NCBI GenBank assembly: GCA_049591295.1
Contig: JBAWEQ010000130.1
Coordinates: 17,138 to 81,137, forward strand
Source of the DNA: Acidobacteriota bacterium
GTDB lineage: Bacteria; Acidobacteriota; UBA4820; DSQY01
DNA: 64,000 nt
Direction of reading: 5' to 3'
The notes under the pieces are model-generated. The model was not told where the DNA came from. It worked only from the letters and a program-made list of their open reading frames with translations, and made no database searches. Of the stretch, positions 1-11,740 are shown piece by piece. Position 1 is the stretch's first letter. Each line of letters starts with the position of its first letter. Both the position numbers and the translations under genes were made by a program.

Positions 1-263
1 CCAACGGGAGCATCGAGGGCCAGATCCTGTCGCACTCCCCCGAAAAGGCCCACCTGGAGACGGTGAACGGGAGCATCGCTCTCGCCCTCTCCCCCGATGC
101 GGCCCTGCACCTTTCCGCCGAGAACGTCAACGGTGGCGTTTCGACCGAGATCCAAGGACTCAGCGAATCCAAGCACGAGCTCTTCGGCGATCTTAACGGC
201 GGCGGCCAGACGGTGAGCGTGGAGACCGTGAACGGCTCCATCCACATCCGACCGACCCGCTGA
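1..263 (+). CDS. DUF4097-like putative adhesin, C-terminal fragment (5' end outside window)
   Basis: Frame 3 is open from the window edge to TGA 261-263. Repeated ..VNGSI.. motifs (NGSIEGQI, ETVNGSIALAL, ETVNGSIHIRP) are typical of this family. Identified by motif memory only. Confidence 0.5.
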   Translation, partial: NGSIEGQILSHSPEKAHLETVNGSIALALSPDAALHLSAENVNGGVSTEIQGLSESKHELFGDLNGGGQTVSVETVNGSIHIRPTR

Positions 264-295
264 ACCCTGCTCGCCTTCACTCCCACTCCTTCGAA

Positions 296-325
296 GCCGG
301 CCCCGGCCTCAGCGCCGGGGCCGGC
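296..325 (+). terminator. GC-rich hairpin downstream of the DUF4097-like gene (no U-tract)
   Basis: GCCGGCCCCGGC (296-307), loop CTCAGC, GCCGGGGCCGGC (314-325) form a perfect 12-bp stem. No T-run follows, so intrinsic-terminator function is uncertain. Confidence 0.3.
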
Positions 326-442
326 CAGCACGGGCCCCTGGAAGAAGGCGGCGCCCGCACCCGTTGATCCAAAGGGGTGCGGACGCTACCCCGTGGGTCT
401 TGGCAGGGCCGCATCTTCGTGATAGAAAGAAGGTTTCGGAGG

Positions 443-3304
443 ATGCGCGAGCCCATGGACCTCATCCGAATCAAGGGCGCCCGGGAACACAACCTGAAGA
501 ACCTGGACGTCACCCTCCCCAAGAACAAGCTCGTGGTCATCACGGGCCTTTCGGGATCCGGCAAATCCTCGCTGGCCTTCGACACGCTCTACGCCGAGGG
601 CCAACGCCGGTACGTGGAGTCCCTCTCCGCCTATGCGCGGCAGTTCCTCGATCTCATGGAGAAGCCCGACGTGGACTCCATCGAGGGACTCTCGCCGGCC
701 ATCTCCATCGAGCAGAGATCCACTTCCCACAATCCCCGCTCGACGGTCGGGACCGTGACGGAAATCTACGACTATCTCCGCGTGCTTTTCGCCAGGGTGG
801 GCAAGCCCTTCTGCCCCCAGTGCGGCCGGCCCATCGAGAGCCAGACCGTGCAGCAGATGGTGGACCAGATCCTCTCCCTTCCGGAGGGCGAGCGGATCTA
901 TGTCCTCGCGCCGGTGGTCAGGGGGCGCAAGGGCGAGTACAGGAAGCTGTTGGCCGGGCTTCTCAAGGAGGGGTTCGTCCGCGCCCGGGTGGACGGAAAG
1001 GTGCTGGACCTTCAGGAGGACCTGGATCTGGCGCGTTACCGCGCCCATACCATCGAGATTCTCGTGGACCGCCTGGTGGTCAAGCCCGGTGTGCAGAGCC
1101 GCCTGACCGAATCGGTGGAGCTGGCCCTGCAGAAGGGGGAGGGACTGGTGGTGGTCCACAGGCTGTCCGACGAGAGCGACATGCTCTTCTCGGAGCGGCT
1201 CTCCTGTCCCACCTGCGGCACCTCTCTTCCCGAGCTGGAACCGCGTCTCTTCTCTTTCAACAGCCCGCACGGGGCCTGCATCGAGTGTTCGGGGCTGGGC
1301 GTCAAGATGGAGCTGGATCCGGCCAAGATCGTGCCCAACCCCAACCTCTCCCTCGCTCAAGGGGCGGTCGTGCCCTGGCCCGTGGAGGGCGGCTTCTGGT
1401 ATCGCGAGATGATCGAAGGCGTGGGCAGGGACATGGGCTTCTCCCTGAAGAGCCCCTGGTGCAAACTCCCGGAAGAGGCCCGGCAGGTCATCCTGCACGG
1501 CAGCAACGGCCGCAAGATCGCCTACGACGTGCAGCGGGACCGGAACCGCTACCAGTTCGAGCACGCCTTTGAGGGGGTCATCCCCAACCTCATGCGGAGG
1601 TACCGGGAGACCAAGTCCGATGCCTCCCGGGAGGAGATCGAGGCCTACATGTCCACCTCTCCCTGCCCCGCGTGCGGTGGGAAGCGGCTGAAACCGGAAG
1701 CCCTCTCGGTCAAAGTGGGGGGGCACACCATCGCGGCGCTCACCGATCTGTCCGTGCGGGAGGCGCGGCGGGCCCTGTCCGAGCTGGAGCTGTCGCACCG
1801 GGACCAGGAGATCGCCAGGATGGTGCTGAAGGAGATCCGCAGCCGGCTCTCCTTCCTGGACAACGTGGGACTCGGTTACCTGACGCTCTCGCGGACGGCC
1901 ACCACCCTCTCGGGTGGAGAAAGCCAGCGGATCCGCCTCGCCACGCAGGTGGGCAGCCAGTTGACGGGAGTGCTCTACGTTCTGGACGAGCCTTCCATCG
2001 GCCTCCACCAAAGGGACAACAGGCGCCTGCTGGACACGCTCATGGCCATGCGCGACTTGGGCAACACAGTCGTGGTGGTGGAGCACGACGAGGAGACGAT
2101 CCGCACGGCGGACCACGTGGTGGATTTGGGCCCTGGCGCCGGCATCCACGGGGGAGAGGTGGTGGCTGAGGGTGGGATCGAAGATCTCTGCAGCGCGCCG
2201 AGGTCCGTGACGGGCGCCTACATCGCCGGCCGGAGGAGCATCCCCGTGCCCGCCGCGAGGAGGCGGCCCACCGGGTGGCTGAAGGTGCTCGGAGCCCGCG
2301 AGCACAACCTGAAAGGGCTGGACGTGCGCATTCCCCTCGGCGTGTTCACGGTGGTGGCCGGGGTGTCCGGCTCGGGCAAGTCCACCCTCGTACACGACAT
2401 CCTCTACAAGGGGCTGATGCAGCGGATCTACCACAGCATAGACATGCCCGGCATCCACCGCTCCATCGAAGGATGGGAGAGGGTGGACAAGGTCATCGAG
2501 ATCGACCAGTCGCCCATCGGACGCACGCCGAGATCCAACCCCGCCACCTACACAGGGCTCTTCACGCCCATTCGCGACCTCTTCGCGCAGGTGCCCGAGG
2601 GTCGCGCCAGGGGGTACCGGCCCGGCCGTTTCTCCTTCAACGTCAAGGGGGGGCGGTGCGAGGCCTGCCAAGGGGACGGGGTCCTCAAGATCGAGATGCA
2701 CTTTCTGCCAGACGTCTACGTCACCTGCGATACCTGCAAGGGCATGCGCTACAACCGGGAGACGCTGGAGGTGCGGTACAAGGGAAGGAGCATCGCCGAG
2801 GTGCTGGACATGACCGTGAGCGAGGCCCTCGAGTTCTTCGACAAGATCCCGCTTGTCCGGAAGAAGCTCCAAACCCTGGCCGACGTGGGTCTGGGGTACC
2901 TTCACCTGGGCCAGCAGGCCACGACCCTCTCGGGGGGCGAGGCCCAGCGGATCAAGCTGGCGCGCGAGCTCAGCCGGCGGGCCACCGGAAACACGCTCTA
3001 CGTGCTGGACGAACCCACGACGGGCCTCCACTTCGAGGACGTGCGACATCTGCTCAACGTTCTGCAGCGGCTGGTGGAGGCAGGGAACACGGTGGTCGTG
3101 ATCGAGCATAATCTGGACGTGATCAAGAGCGCCGACGCGGTGCTCGAACTGGGCCCCGAAGGCGGGGAAGAGGGCGGGCGCCTGGTCGCCTGCGGAACGC
3201 CGGAAGAGGTGGCGAACGTGCAATCGTCGCCCACCGGGGAGTTCCTGAAGCGAATTCTATTTGGGGGATCCGATGAAAAACTGGCCCGAGCCGTACCGGA
3301 TTAA
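443..3304 (+). CDS. uvrA: Excinuclease ABC subunit A
   Basis: From ATG 443 reads [21 protein letters not shown]. Two ABC modules (Walker [10 protein letters not shown] and GVSGSGKST; signatures LSGGESQR and LSGGEAQR) plus CxxC zinc-finger pairs. The 22 codons upstream of 443 in the ORF track are not conserved-looking. Confidence 0.97.
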   Translation: MREPMDLIRIKGAREHNLKNLDVTLPKNKLVVITGLSGSGKSSLAFDTLYAEGQRRYVESLSAYARQFLDLMEKPDVDSIEGLSPAISIEQRSTSHNPRSTVGTVTEIYDYLRVLFARVGKPFCPQCGRPIESQTVQQMVDQILSLPEGERIYVLAPVVRGRKGEYRKLLAGLLKEGFVRARVDGKVLDLQEDLDLARYRAHTIEILVDRLVVKPGVQSRLTESVELALQKGEGLVVVHRLSDESDMLFSERLSCPTCGTSLPELEPRLFSFNSPHGACIECSGLGVKMELDPAKIVPNPNLSLAQGAVVPWPVEGGFWYREMIEGVGRDMGFSLKSPWCKLPEEARQVILHGSNGRKIAYDVQRDRNRYQFEHAFEGVIPNLMRRYRETKSDASREEIEAYMSTSPCPACGGKRLKPEALSVKVGGHTIAALTDLSVREARRALSELELSHRDQEIARMVLKEIRSRLSFLDNVGLGYLTLSRTATTLSGGESQRIRLATQVGSQLTGVLYVLDEPSIGLHQRDNRRLLDTLMAMRDLGNTVVVVEHDEETIRTADHVVDLGPGAGIHGGEVVAEGGIEDLCSAPRSVTGAYIAGRRSIPVPAARRRPTGWLKVLGAREHNLKGLDVRIPLGVFTVVAGVSGSGKSTLVHDILYKGLMQRIYHSIDMPGIHRSIEGWERVDKVIEIDQSPIGRTPRSNPATYTGLFTPIRDLFAQVPEGRARGYRPGRFSFNVKGGRCEACQGDGVLKIEMHFLPDVYVTCDTCKGMRYNRETLEVRYKGRSIAEVLDMTVSEALEFFDKIPLVRKKLQTLADVGLGYLHLGQQATTLSGGEAQRIKLARELSRRATGNTLYVLDEPTTGLHFEDVRHLLNVLQRLVEAGNTVVVIEHNLDVIKSADAVLELGPEGGEEGGRLVACGTPEEVANVQSSPTGEFLKRILFGGSDEKLARAVPD

Positions 3305-4646
3305 GATGGTGGAGGCGATCCGCCTGCCTCGACGGGAGGAGCGCGAGCGCATCCTGAGGGAGGCCGGCTACAACCTCTTTATGGTGCGGGCCGAGGATGT
3401 CTTCGTCGACCTCCTGACCGATTCGGGGACCGGGGCCATGAGCGACAAGCAGTGGTCGGCCCTCATGCGCGGCGACGAGTCTTACGCACAGGCCCGTTCG
3501 TGGTTCCGCTTCTACGAGGCGGTGCGGGGATTCACCGGGATGGAGTACGTGCTCCCCACGCACCAGGGCCGGGCCGCCGAGAACCTGCTCTTCTCACAGA
3601 TCGCCCGGCCCGGCATCAGCATCCCCAACAACAGCCACTTCGACACGACGAGGGCCAACATCGAGTTCTTCGGAGCCGAGGCGGTTGATTTGGTGATTCC
3701 GGAGGGCAGGGACATCCACCTCGACCACCCCTTCAAGGGGAACATGGACCTGAACCGCCTTGAAGCCCTCCTGAAGGAGAAGGGGAGTAAGTCCGTTCCC
3801 CTGTGCATGATCACCATCACCAACAACACGGGGGGCGGCCAGCCCGTCTCCCTGGCCAACATCAGGGCCACGGGGGATCTCTGCCGGCGGTACGGCGTCC
3901 CCCTGTTCCTGGACTGCTGCCGCTTCGCCGAGAACGCCTACTTCATCAAGCAGCGGGAGCCCGAATGCGCGCACATGAGTATCCGCGAGATCGTGGCGGC
4001 CATGTTCGCCTGCGCCGACGGGGCCACCATGAGCGCCAAGAAGGACGGCCTCGGGAACATCGGTGGCTTCCTCGCGCTTAGGGACGGAGATCTGGCCGCG
4101 CGGCTCAAGTCGATGCTGATTCTCAAGGAGGGGTTCCCCACTTACGGAGGCCTCGCCGGAAGGGATCTGGAGGCCCTCGCCCAAGGATTCGCGGAGGTCC
4201 AGGAAGAGGACTACCTGGAGGCCCGGATCGGGCAGATTGCGAGGTTCGGCGAGGCGCTCAAGGCCCAGGGCGTACCCATCCTGGAGCCCACGGGGGGGCA
4301 CGCCGTCTACCTGGATGCCCGTGGGATCCTGCCGCACGTTCCCGCCCATGCATTCCCCGCCCAGAGCCTCACGGCAGCGCTTTACTTGGAGGGCGGTGTA
4401 CGCGGCGTGGAGATCGGCTCGCTCATGTTCGGGAAGACGGGGAAGGATGGCCGGTTCCTCCCCGCCGCCCTGGAGCTGGTGCGGCTCGCCGTGCCCAGGA
4501 GGGTCTACACCGACAACCACCTGGGGTATGTAGCCGACGTGGCCGGGGAGATCGTCCGAAACGCGTCCAGTTGCAGGGGCTTCCGCATCGTGGAGGAGGC
4601 CCCCTTCCTCCGGCATTTCACGGCGAGGCTCGAACCGCTGGCCTGA
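3273..4646 (+). CDS. Beta-eliminating lyase, tryptophanase / tyrosine phenol-lyase family (PLP-dependent)
   Basis: N-terminus [10 protein letters not shown]...[19 protein letters not shown]-lysine motif [31 protein letters not shown]-terminal [10 protein letters not shown]. Start 3273 keeps the conserved PEPYRIK motif and overlaps the non-conserved uvrA tail by 32 nt. Trp versus Tyr specificity cannot be decided by eye. Confidence 0.88.
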   Translation: MKNWPEPYRIKMVEAIRLPRREERERILREAGYNLFMVRAEDVFVDLLTDSGTGAMSDKQWSALMRGDESYAQARSWFRFYEAVRGFTGMEYVLPTHQGRAAENLLFSQIARPGISIPNNSHFDTTRANIEFFGAEAVDLVIPEGRDIHLDHPFKGNMDLNRLEALLKEKGSKSVPLCMITITNNTGGGQPVSLANIRATGDLCRRYGVPLFLDCCRFAENAYFIKQREPECAHMSIREIVAAMFACADGATMSAKKDGLGNIGGFLALRDGDLAARLKSMLILKEGFPTYGGLAGRDLEALAQGFAEVQEEDYLEARIGQIARFGEALKAQGVPILEPTGGHAVYLDARGILPHVPAHAFPAQSLTAALYLEGGVRGVEIGSLMFGKTGKDGRFLPAALELVRLAVPRRVYTDNHLGYVADVAGEIVRNASSCRGFRIVEEAPFLRHFTARLEPLA

Positions 4647-4697
4647 GGCCTTGAGAAGCTGGGCCTCTTTGCGTATCGTAGTCCTCGTGAAGGATGC

Positions 4698-5354
4698 GTG
4701 GCCGCCATGATCACTGGATTCAACCAGGATGTCGTGCACAAGGGCAAGGTCTATCACGTCCAGACCGAGGACCGCGGGCTGGACAATCCGGTAATCGAGA
4801 CCCTCATCTACGCGGGAGGAGAGATCCTCGCATCGAAAAAGACATCCTACAAAGAGCTGGTGGAGCAGGGGTATGAGGAGGCCAAGCTGGCCGCGCTGCT
4901 CGAGCAACAGCACCGCCGCATCGTGGTGGATATCAAGCTGGGCAAGTATTCCAAGGAGCCCGTGGAGACCTTCGGACAAGGACTCATCTCCTCGAAGAGC
5001 CTGGATGAGGTCATCCTCGAGTATCTGACGAGCGAGAGCGAGGGGGAAAAACTGGTGGCGGAAATCCTGGACCAGTCCCCCTACGTGGCCGGCGAACGGG
5101 GTTGGGTGCATCTCAAGGTCCAGACCGACATCACGCGGACTCCCTTGCCCGGGGCGTCGGTATCGGTCCGCCTGGCGGCGAGCGACGGGCACAGCGCGGA
5201 GCTCTTCCGCGGAAGCACGGGTCCCGATGGGCTGTGCAACGCCTCCTTTCTCCTCCCCCCCGTGGAGGGCAACGCGGTGGTCGTGATCCAGGTAACCCAC
5301 GCGCAGGGCAGCTTCCAGACCAAAACCCTCATCACCAAGAGAAGCCCGCGATGA
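4698..5354 (+). CDS. Hypothetical protein (N-terminal GKVYHVQTEDRG motif; C-terminal beta-sandwich-like region)
   Basis: 218-aa ORF with high GC3. Its stop overlaps the thiS ATG (ATGA at 5351-5354). Alternative start ATG 4707. No family recognised. Confidence 0.6.
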   Translation: MAAMITGFNQDVVHKGKVYHVQTEDRGLDNPVIETLIYAGGEILASKKTSYKELVEQGYEEAKLAALLEQQHRRIVVDIKLGKYSKEPVETFGQGLISSKSLDEVILEYLTSESEGEKLVAEILDQSPYVAGERGWVHLKVQTDITRTPLPGASVSVRLAASDGHSAELFRGSTGPDGLCNASFLLPPVEGNAVVVIQVTHAQGSFQTKTLITKRSPR

Positions 5355-5551
5355 CCCTCACACTGAACGGTTCCCCGGTGGCCCTCGAAGAGGGTCTCAC
5401 GGTGGCGGCCCTTCTTCAGCAGCTGAAGCTTCCCCCGGAGCGCGTTGCCATCGAGCGAAACGGCTCCATCCTCCCCAAGGCCGCCTACGAGGAGACCCGC
5501 CTGGCCGAAGGCGACAGGCTGGAGATCGTGCAATTCGTGGGCGGCGGCTAG
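5351..5551 (+). CDS. thiS: Sulfur-carrier protein ThiS (ubiquitin-like beta-grasp)
   Basis: 66 aa: MTLTLNGSPVALEEGLTVAALL...LAEGDRLEIVQFVGGG. Length, GD.hEIV motif and C-terminal Gly-Gly are typical of ThiS/MoaD. Confidence 0.8.
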   Translation: MTLTLNGSPVALEEGLTVAALLQQLKLPPERVAIERNGSILPKAAYEETRLAEGDRLEIVQFVGGG

Positions 5552-5556
5552 GCCGA

Positions 5557-5580
5557 GGCGCCGAAGCGACGCTCGGCGCC
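5557..5580 (+). terminator. Hairpin after thiS (weak terminator candidate)
   Basis: GGCGCCGA (5557-5564), 8-nt loop, TCGGCGCC (5573-5580). No clear U-tract. Lies between the convergent thiS and tRNA-Val. Confidence 0.25.
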
Positions 5581-5634
5581 GCAACACGTGCGTCGCGACG
5601 TAAAACTGCCGTCACGGGCTGAGGGTGTGGCGGC

Positions 5635-5709
5635 TGGTGGGCGGTACCGGGTTTGAACCAGTGACATCCTGCTTGTAAGGCAGGCGCTCTCCCGCTGAGC
5701 TAACCGCCC
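5635..5709 (-). tRNA. tRNA-Val (anticodon TAC)
   Basis: Reverse complement GGGCGGTTAGCTCAGCGGGAGAGCGCCTGCCTTACAAGCAGGATGTCACTGGTTCAAACCCGGTACCGCCCACCA folds as a cloverleaf: 7-bp acceptor GGGCGGT/ACCGCCC, anticodon loop CTTACAA, T-loop TTCAAAC, encoded CCA. Confidence 0.93.
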
Positions 5710-5717
5710 AGGGCGGC

Positions 5718-5746
5718 AGTGTAGCCTCGGCTCGAGGCCGCGTCAA
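5718..5746 (-). promoter_or_regulatory. Sigma70-type promoter for tRNA-Val
   Basis: On the minus strand: TTGACG (5746-5741), 17-nt spacer, TACACT (5723-5718). The mature tRNA 5' end lies 9 nt downstream. Confidence 0.45.
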
Positions 5747-5797
5747 ACGGGCGCCCCGTTTCTCTCTGGGTGAAAAGAAAAGGTGGCCCAGAACTTC

Positions 5798-5826
5798 TTG
5801 ACCCCCCGTGGGAAATCTGCTAGGCT
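5798..5826 (+). promoter_or_regulatory. Sigma70-type promoter for the atp operon
   Basis: TTGACC (5798-5803), 17-nt spacer, TAGGCT (5821-5826). About 37 nt upstream of the first atp start, with a G-rich SD in between. Confidence 0.4.
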
Positions 5827-5862
5827 GAACCCTCTGATTGGCCCGACCGTTCATGGGGGGGA

Positions 5863-6312
5863 TTGACCGTGCTCGAAGAGCTGATGAAGAGTTACTGGCA
5901 TATTCCCATCATCATGGGAATGGTCCTGGTGTACGGTATCCTGTTGAACAAGGTCTTCTTTCAGCCGGTCCAGCGGGTGCTGGAAGAGAGGAAAAAGCGC
6001 GTCCGTGAGTCGGGCACCCTTTCTGATCAATCCAAGGACGTCCTGACCAAGCGTTTCACGGAGTACGAACAGGCCGTTCTGGAAGCTCACCGCAAAGCCA
6101 CCCACCTCAAGGAGCAGGCCCGGAACGAGGCTTACGAATACCGCAGCAGCGTTCTGGGCGAAGTGAAGGCCGAGGTGGGAAAGGAGCTCCAGCGGGCCGA
6201 GGGAGAACTCACCGAGAACGTCTCCGCGGTGAAGCGGGACCTGGAGGGACAGATCCCTCAGTTCGCCAAGGCCTTGGCCTCCAAGCTTCTCGGCCGGGAG
6301 GTGACGGCATGA
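5863..6312 (+). CDS. F0F1 ATP synthase subunit b' (b-family paralogue)
   Basis: 149 aa with one N-terminal TM segment (IPIIMGMVLVYGILL) followed by a long charged helix (LEERKKRVRES...). TTG start at 5863; later GTG/ATG starts are possible. Stop overlaps the next gene's ATG (ATGA). Confidence 0.8.
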   Translation: MTVLEELMKSYWHIPIIMGMVLVYGILLNKVFFQPVQRVLEERKKRVRESGTLSDQSKDVLTKRFTEYEQAVLEAHRKATHLKEQARNEAYEYRSSVLGEVKAEVGKELQRAEGELTENVSAVKRDLEGQIPQFAKALASKLLGREVTA

Positions 6313-6914
6313 TCAAGAGGCTTTCACTCGCGGTCCTGCTCTGGCTCCCAGCCATGGCTTTGATGGCCCAGGAGGCCTCCGAGGGGCATGGGGGAGAAGG
6401 GGGCTGGATGGCCCCCATCTGGCACGTGCCCATGATCGCCTGGCAGATCGTGAACTTCCTGCTGGTGGTGGGGCTGTTCATCTACCTGTTGAGGAGGCCC
6501 GCCCCTCAGTTCTTCGAATCCAGGGCTAAGGAGATCCAATCGCTGCTGGAGAAGGCGCTCAAAGAGAAGGAAGAGGCGCTGGCGCGGCTCAAGGAGGTGG
6601 AGGACAAGATGGCCCGCCTCGGAGACGAGGTGGCCTCCATCGAGCAGGCCTCCAAGGAATCGGCGGAGGCGGACAAGCGCAGGGTTCTGGAAGAGGCCGA
6701 GGCGGCCAGGGTTCGCATCGGAGAGGAAGCGCGCGCCGAGATGGAACGGCGCGTGCTCGAGGCGAAGCGAGACCTCCGGGCCTTCGCCGCCGATATGGCG
6801 GTGAAAATGGCCAGGGAGCTGTTGGCCCAGAACCTCACCGATGAGGATGAGCGGCGGCTCCAGGGTGAGTTTTTGGGGCTGCTGGAGGAGGAGAGCCATG
6901 AGCAGCATCGGTAA
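6309..6914 (+). CDS. atpF: F0F1 ATP synthase subunit b
   Basis: 201 aa: signal-like N-terminus (MIKRLSLAVLLWLPAMALMA), then a TM segment (IVNFLLVVGLFIYLL), then a long charged coiled region. Position immediately before delta. Confidence 0.85.
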   Translation: MIKRLSLAVLLWLPAMALMAQEASEGHGGEGGWMAPIWHVPMIAWQIVNFLLVVGLFIYLLRRPAPQFFESRAKEIQSLLEKALKEKEEALARLKEVEDKMARLGDEVASIEQASKESAEADKRRVLEEAEAARVRIGEEARAEMERRVLEAKRDLRAFAADMAVKMARELLAQNLTDEDERRLQGEFLGLLEEESHEQHR

Positions 6915-7431
6915 GCGGTACGCGCAGGCCCTCCTTGCCAACCTCGGGGCGGAGCCCGTGGACGCGGTCCTTGCGGACCTCAAGGCCTTCGGGGCCATGC
7001 TGGAGCAGGTTCCCCAGCTGGGTCGGGTGATAGAGAATCCGGGCATTCCCGCGGATGTCAAAGGACGGCTGGTGAGGGAGCTGGCCAAGCGGTCGGGGCT
7101 GAGGGACGTCTCGATCCGGTTCGTGCTCCTGGCCATCGAACACCGCCGCCTCCGCCAGTGGGAGGAGATGGTGGCCGCCTTTTCGGTCATCAGGGACGAG
7201 AAGGCAGGGGTCCAGCGCGCGCAGGTCGTGTCCGCTCGGCCCCTGAACGAGAGAGCGCGAAAGGAGATGTCTGCCCGGCTGGCGTCCATCTTCGGGCGCA
7301 CGGTGGAACTGGAGGCGAGGGTTTCCAGCGAGCTATTGGGGGGCATTCAGCTTCACGTGGGGTCAACCGTGTACGACGGGTCCGTTGCCGGCGCCCTGAA
7401 GTCCGTGCATCAGGATCTCGTGAAGGGGTAG
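6898..7431 (+). CDS. atpH: F0F1 ATP synthase subunit delta (OSCP)
   Basis: From ATG 6898: MSSIGKRYAQALL... with C-terminal LLGGIQLHVGSTVYDGSVAGAL, typical of delta/OSCP. Confidence 0.9.
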   Translation: MSSIGKRYAQALLANLGAEPVDAVLADLKAFGAMLEQVPQLGRVIENPGIPADVKGRLVRELAKRSGLRDVSIRFVLLAIEHRRLRQWEEMVAAFSVIRDEKAGVQRAQVVSARPLNERARKEMSARLASIFGRTVELEARVSSELLGGIQLHVGSTVYDGSVAGALKSVHQDLVKG

Positions 7432-7437
7432 GCGAGC

Positions 7438-8958
7438 ATGATCAAGACGGACGAGATCAGCAGGATTCTGAAGGCCCAGCTCGAAGGATACGAAACGAAG
7501 CTGGACGTGGCGGAGGTGGGCTACGTGACCTCCGTGGGCGACGGCATTGCCCGGATCTACGGTCTGGAGAAGGTCATGGCCGGCGAACTGCTCGCCTTCC
7601 CGGGCGACATGTTCGGCATGGCCCTCAACCTGGAAGAGGACAGCGTTGGCGCCGTGCTCATGGGCGAGACGGACAAGATCCGTGAGGGCGACGAGGTCCG
7701 CCGCACTAAACAGATCATGTCGGTCCCGGTGACCGAAGGGATGATCGGACGGGTCATCGATCCCATCGGGCTGGTGCAGGACGGCCGGGGGCCCATCGAA
7801 TCCACCGAGCGCTACCCGATCGAGAGGATCGCCCCGGGCATCGTCCAACGCGAGCCCGTCAAGGTGCCTCTGCAGACGGGCCTCAAGCCCATCGACGCCA
7901 TGATTCCCATCGGCAGAGGCCAGCGCGAGCTGATCATCGGCGATCGGCAGACTGGTAAGACCGCCGTGGCGCTGGACACCATCATCAACCAGAAGGGAAA
8001 AGGGGTGATTTGCATCTATGTGGCCATCGGGCAGAAGCGCTCTACGGTCGCCCAGGTGGTGAAGACGCTGGAGGATTACGGGGCCATGGAGCACACCATC
8101 GTGGTGTCGGCCTCGGCCTCGGAACCGGCTTCGCTTCAGTACATCGCCCCGTACGCGGGCTGCGCCATCGGCGAGTACTTCATGCACAAGGGCGGTCACG
8201 TGCTCTGCGTGTACGACGACCTCTCGAAGCACGCCGCGGCCTACCGCGAGATCTCGTTGCTTCTCCGGCGTCCGCCGGGCCGCGAGGCCTACCCGGGCGA
8301 CGTGTTCTATCTGCACTCCCGCCTGCTGGAGCGCGCGGCGAAGTTGAGCGAGAAGCAGGGCGGCGGATCGCTGACGGCCCTGCCCATCATCGAGACGCAG
8401 GCCGGGGACGTGTCGGCCTACATCCCCACGAACGTCATCTCCATCACGGACGGCCAGATCTACCTGGAGAGCGACCTCTTCTACCAGGGCGTCCGCCCGG
8501 CCCTGAACGTGGGGATTTCCGTGAGCCGCGTGGGAGGAAACGCGCAGATCAAGGCCATGAAATCCGTGGCGGGGACCCTGCGCCTCGAGCTGGCGCAGTA
8601 TCGTGAGCTGGCTGCCTTCGCCCAATTCGGGTCGGACCTGGACAAGGGTACGCAGGCGCAACTCAACCGTGGTGCGCGCCTAGTCGAGATCTTAAAGCAG
8701 GACCAGTACCAGCCGCTGGACGTGATCAAGCAGATCGCCATCATCTACGCGGGCACGCACGCCTGGCTCGATGACCTGGCGGTGAGCGAGTGCCGGAGGT
8801 TCGAGGCCGGGCTCTACAAGCACCTGGACCTGAACGGCCAGGCGTGGATGGACGCCCTGCGAGAGAAAAAGGTGCTCGACGAGACCCTGACCGCCCAGTT
8901 GGACGAGCTTCTGAAGTCCTTCAAGCACCAGTACGTGAAAGAACGGGAAGCGAAGTGA
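7438..8958 (+). CDS. atpA: F0F1 ATP synthase subunit alpha
   Basis: 506 aa. Walker [10 protein letters not shown], then ...[41 protein letters not shown]. Confidence 0.98.
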   Translation: MIKTDEISRILKAQLEGYETKLDVAEVGYVTSVGDGIARIYGLEKVMAGELLAFPGDMFGMALNLEEDSVGAVLMGETDKIREGDEVRRTKQIMSVPVTEGMIGRVIDPIGLVQDGRGPIESTERYPIERIAPGIVQREPVKVPLQTGLKPIDAMIPIGRGQRELIIGDRQTGKTAVALDTIINQKGKGVICIYVAIGQKRSTVAQVVKTLEDYGAMEHTIVVSASASEPASLQYIAPYAGCAIGEYFMHKGGHVLCVYDDLSKHAAAYREISLLLRRPPGREAYPGDVFYLHSRLLERAAKLSEKQGGGSLTALPIIETQAGDVSAYIPTNVISITDGQIYLESDLFYQGVRPALNVGISVSRVGGNAQIKAMKSVAGTLRLELAQYRELAAFAQFGSDLDKGTQAQLNRGARLVEILKQDQYQPLDVIKQIAIIYAGTHAWLDDLAVSECRRFEAGLYKHLDLNGQAWMDALREKKVLDETLTAQLDELLKSFKHQYVKEREAK

Positions 8959-8961
8959 GCC

Positions 8962-9825
8962 ATGCCCAACCTGCGCGACATTAGGCGCCGAATCCGCTCG
9001 GTGCAGAACACGCAGCAAATCACCAAGGCCATGAAGATGGTGGCCGCGGCGAAGCTGCGTCGGTCCCAGGAGCGGATGTTTGCGGCGAGGCCTTACGCGA
9101 ACAAGATGCTCGAAGTCCTGAACTCGCTGGCCAGCCGGGCGCAACAGAGCGTCCACCCGCTGCTCGACGTGCGGCCGGAGGAGCGCGTGTTGGTGGTGGT
9201 GGTGACGGCGGACCGGGGCCTGTGCGGCGCGTTCAACACCAATATCCAACGCCATGCCGGCCGGTTTCTGAGGGACCTCGCTCAGGAAGGCAGGGAGATC
9301 ACGCTGGCCTGCATAGGTAGGAAGGGCCGGGAGTTCTTCCGCCGCCGGGAATTCACCATCACCCAGAGCTGGGTTGGGATCTTCAACAAGATCCGGTATG
9401 AGGACGCCAGCGAGATGGCGGAGTATCTGATCGGAGTCTACACGGAGAAGAAGGTCGACGCCATCTATCTGATATACAACGAATTCAAGAGCGTTATCGC
9501 ACAGCGGATCGTGACTGAGAAGCTGTTGCCCATCCCGCGGCTCACCTTCGAGGAACCCACGGTGATGGAGGACTACCTGTACGAGCCTACCGAGCGGGAG
9601 TTGTTCGAGACGCTTCTGCCGAGGCACGTGGCGTTCCAGGTGTATCGTTCCGTTCTCGAGTCGGCCGCGGCGGAGCACGGCGCCCGCATGACGGCCATGG
9701 AGAGCGCCACCAACAACGCGCGGGACATGATCGACCGGCTTACGCTGTACGCGAACCGAGTTCGGCAGGCGGCGATCACGAAAGAGATCATCGAGGTCGT
9801 GAGCGGGGCCCAGGCCCTCGGGTGA
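8962..9825 (+). CDS. atpG: F0F1 ATP synthase subunit gamma
   Basis: 287 aa: MPNLRDIRRRIRSVQNTQQITKAMKMVAAAKLRR... and C-terminal RQAAITKEIIEVVSGA. Confidence 0.97.
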   Translation: MPNLRDIRRRIRSVQNTQQITKAMKMVAAAKLRRSQERMFAARPYANKMLEVLNSLASRAQQSVHPLLDVRPEERVLVVVVTADRGLCGAFNTNIQRHAGRFLRDLAQEGREITLACIGRKGREFFRRREFTITQSWVGIFNKIRYEDASEMAEYLIGVYTEKKVDAIYLIYNEFKSVIAQRIVTEKLLPIPRLTFEEPTVMEDYLYEPTERELFETLLPRHVAFQVYRSVLESAAAEHGARMTAMESATNNARDMIDRLTLYANRVRQAAITKEIIEVVSGAQALG

Positions 9826-11280
<1,455 letters not shown>

Positions 11281-11286
11281 GGGGCG

Positions 11287-11715
11287 ATGGCACAATTCAC
11301 GTTGCCCACGAAGATCACGCTGAACATCGTCACTCCGGAAAGAAACGTCGTCTGCGAGGTGATCGACGAGGTCGTGTTACCGGGCACTTTGGGCTATCTC
11401 GGAGCGTTGCCGGGCCACACGCCGCTCTTGACTTCGCTCAAGATTGGTGAAATAAAATATAGGGTTGGAAGCCAGTGGCGGTATCTCTGCGTGTCCTGGG
11501 GATTCGTGGAGATTCTGCCGGACCGCGTTACGGTGCTCGCCGACATCGCCGAACCCGCCGAGGAGATCGACGTGGAGAGAGCCCGGGAGGCGAAGGCCTC
11601 TGCGGAGAAGCGGCTGAAGAACCCCGATGCAGAATTTCTCCAGGAGCAGATTGCCCTGGAACAGGCCTTGATTCGGTTGCAAGTGGCCGCGAAGGCAGCG
11701 CGGACCCCCTCGTGA
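11287..11715 (+). CDS. atpC: F0F1 ATP synthase subunit epsilon
   Basis: 142 aa. N-terminal beta-sandwich (LNIVTPERNV...LPGHTPLLT) plus a C-terminal helical hairpin. Position after beta. Confidence 0.92.
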   Translation: MAQFTLPTKITLNIVTPERNVVCEVIDEVVLPGTLGYLGALPGHTPLLTSLKIGEIKYRVGSQWRYLCVSWGFVEILPDRVTVLADIAEPAEEIDVERAREAKASAEKRLKNPDAEFLQEQIALEQALIRLQVAAKAARTPS

Positions 11716-11740
11716 CCCCCCCTGAGAGCGAGAACGGCTC

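Noticed and set aside
400-428. Candidate uvrA promoter TTGGCA-N17-TAGAAA.
   Set aside because: The predicted TSS would leave only about 8 nt before ATG 443 and exclude a usable SD, so the geometry is inconsistent. Not reported as a feature.
386-3223. Very long antisense or alternative-frame ORFs in the six-frame track overlapping clear genes. Examples: 386-3223(-), 364-1572(+), 3594-5300(-), 8692-10635(-), 21748-23448(+), 24941-26002(+), 33677-35325(-), 42168-43562(-), 45990-47213(-), 48513-51023(-), 54024-55376(-).
   Set aside because: They overlap genes with unmistakable conserved products. Their translations are Arg/Gly/Pro/Ala-rich low-complexity strings, typical of stop-poor non-coding frames in GC-rich DNA. 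None shows a recognisable motif.
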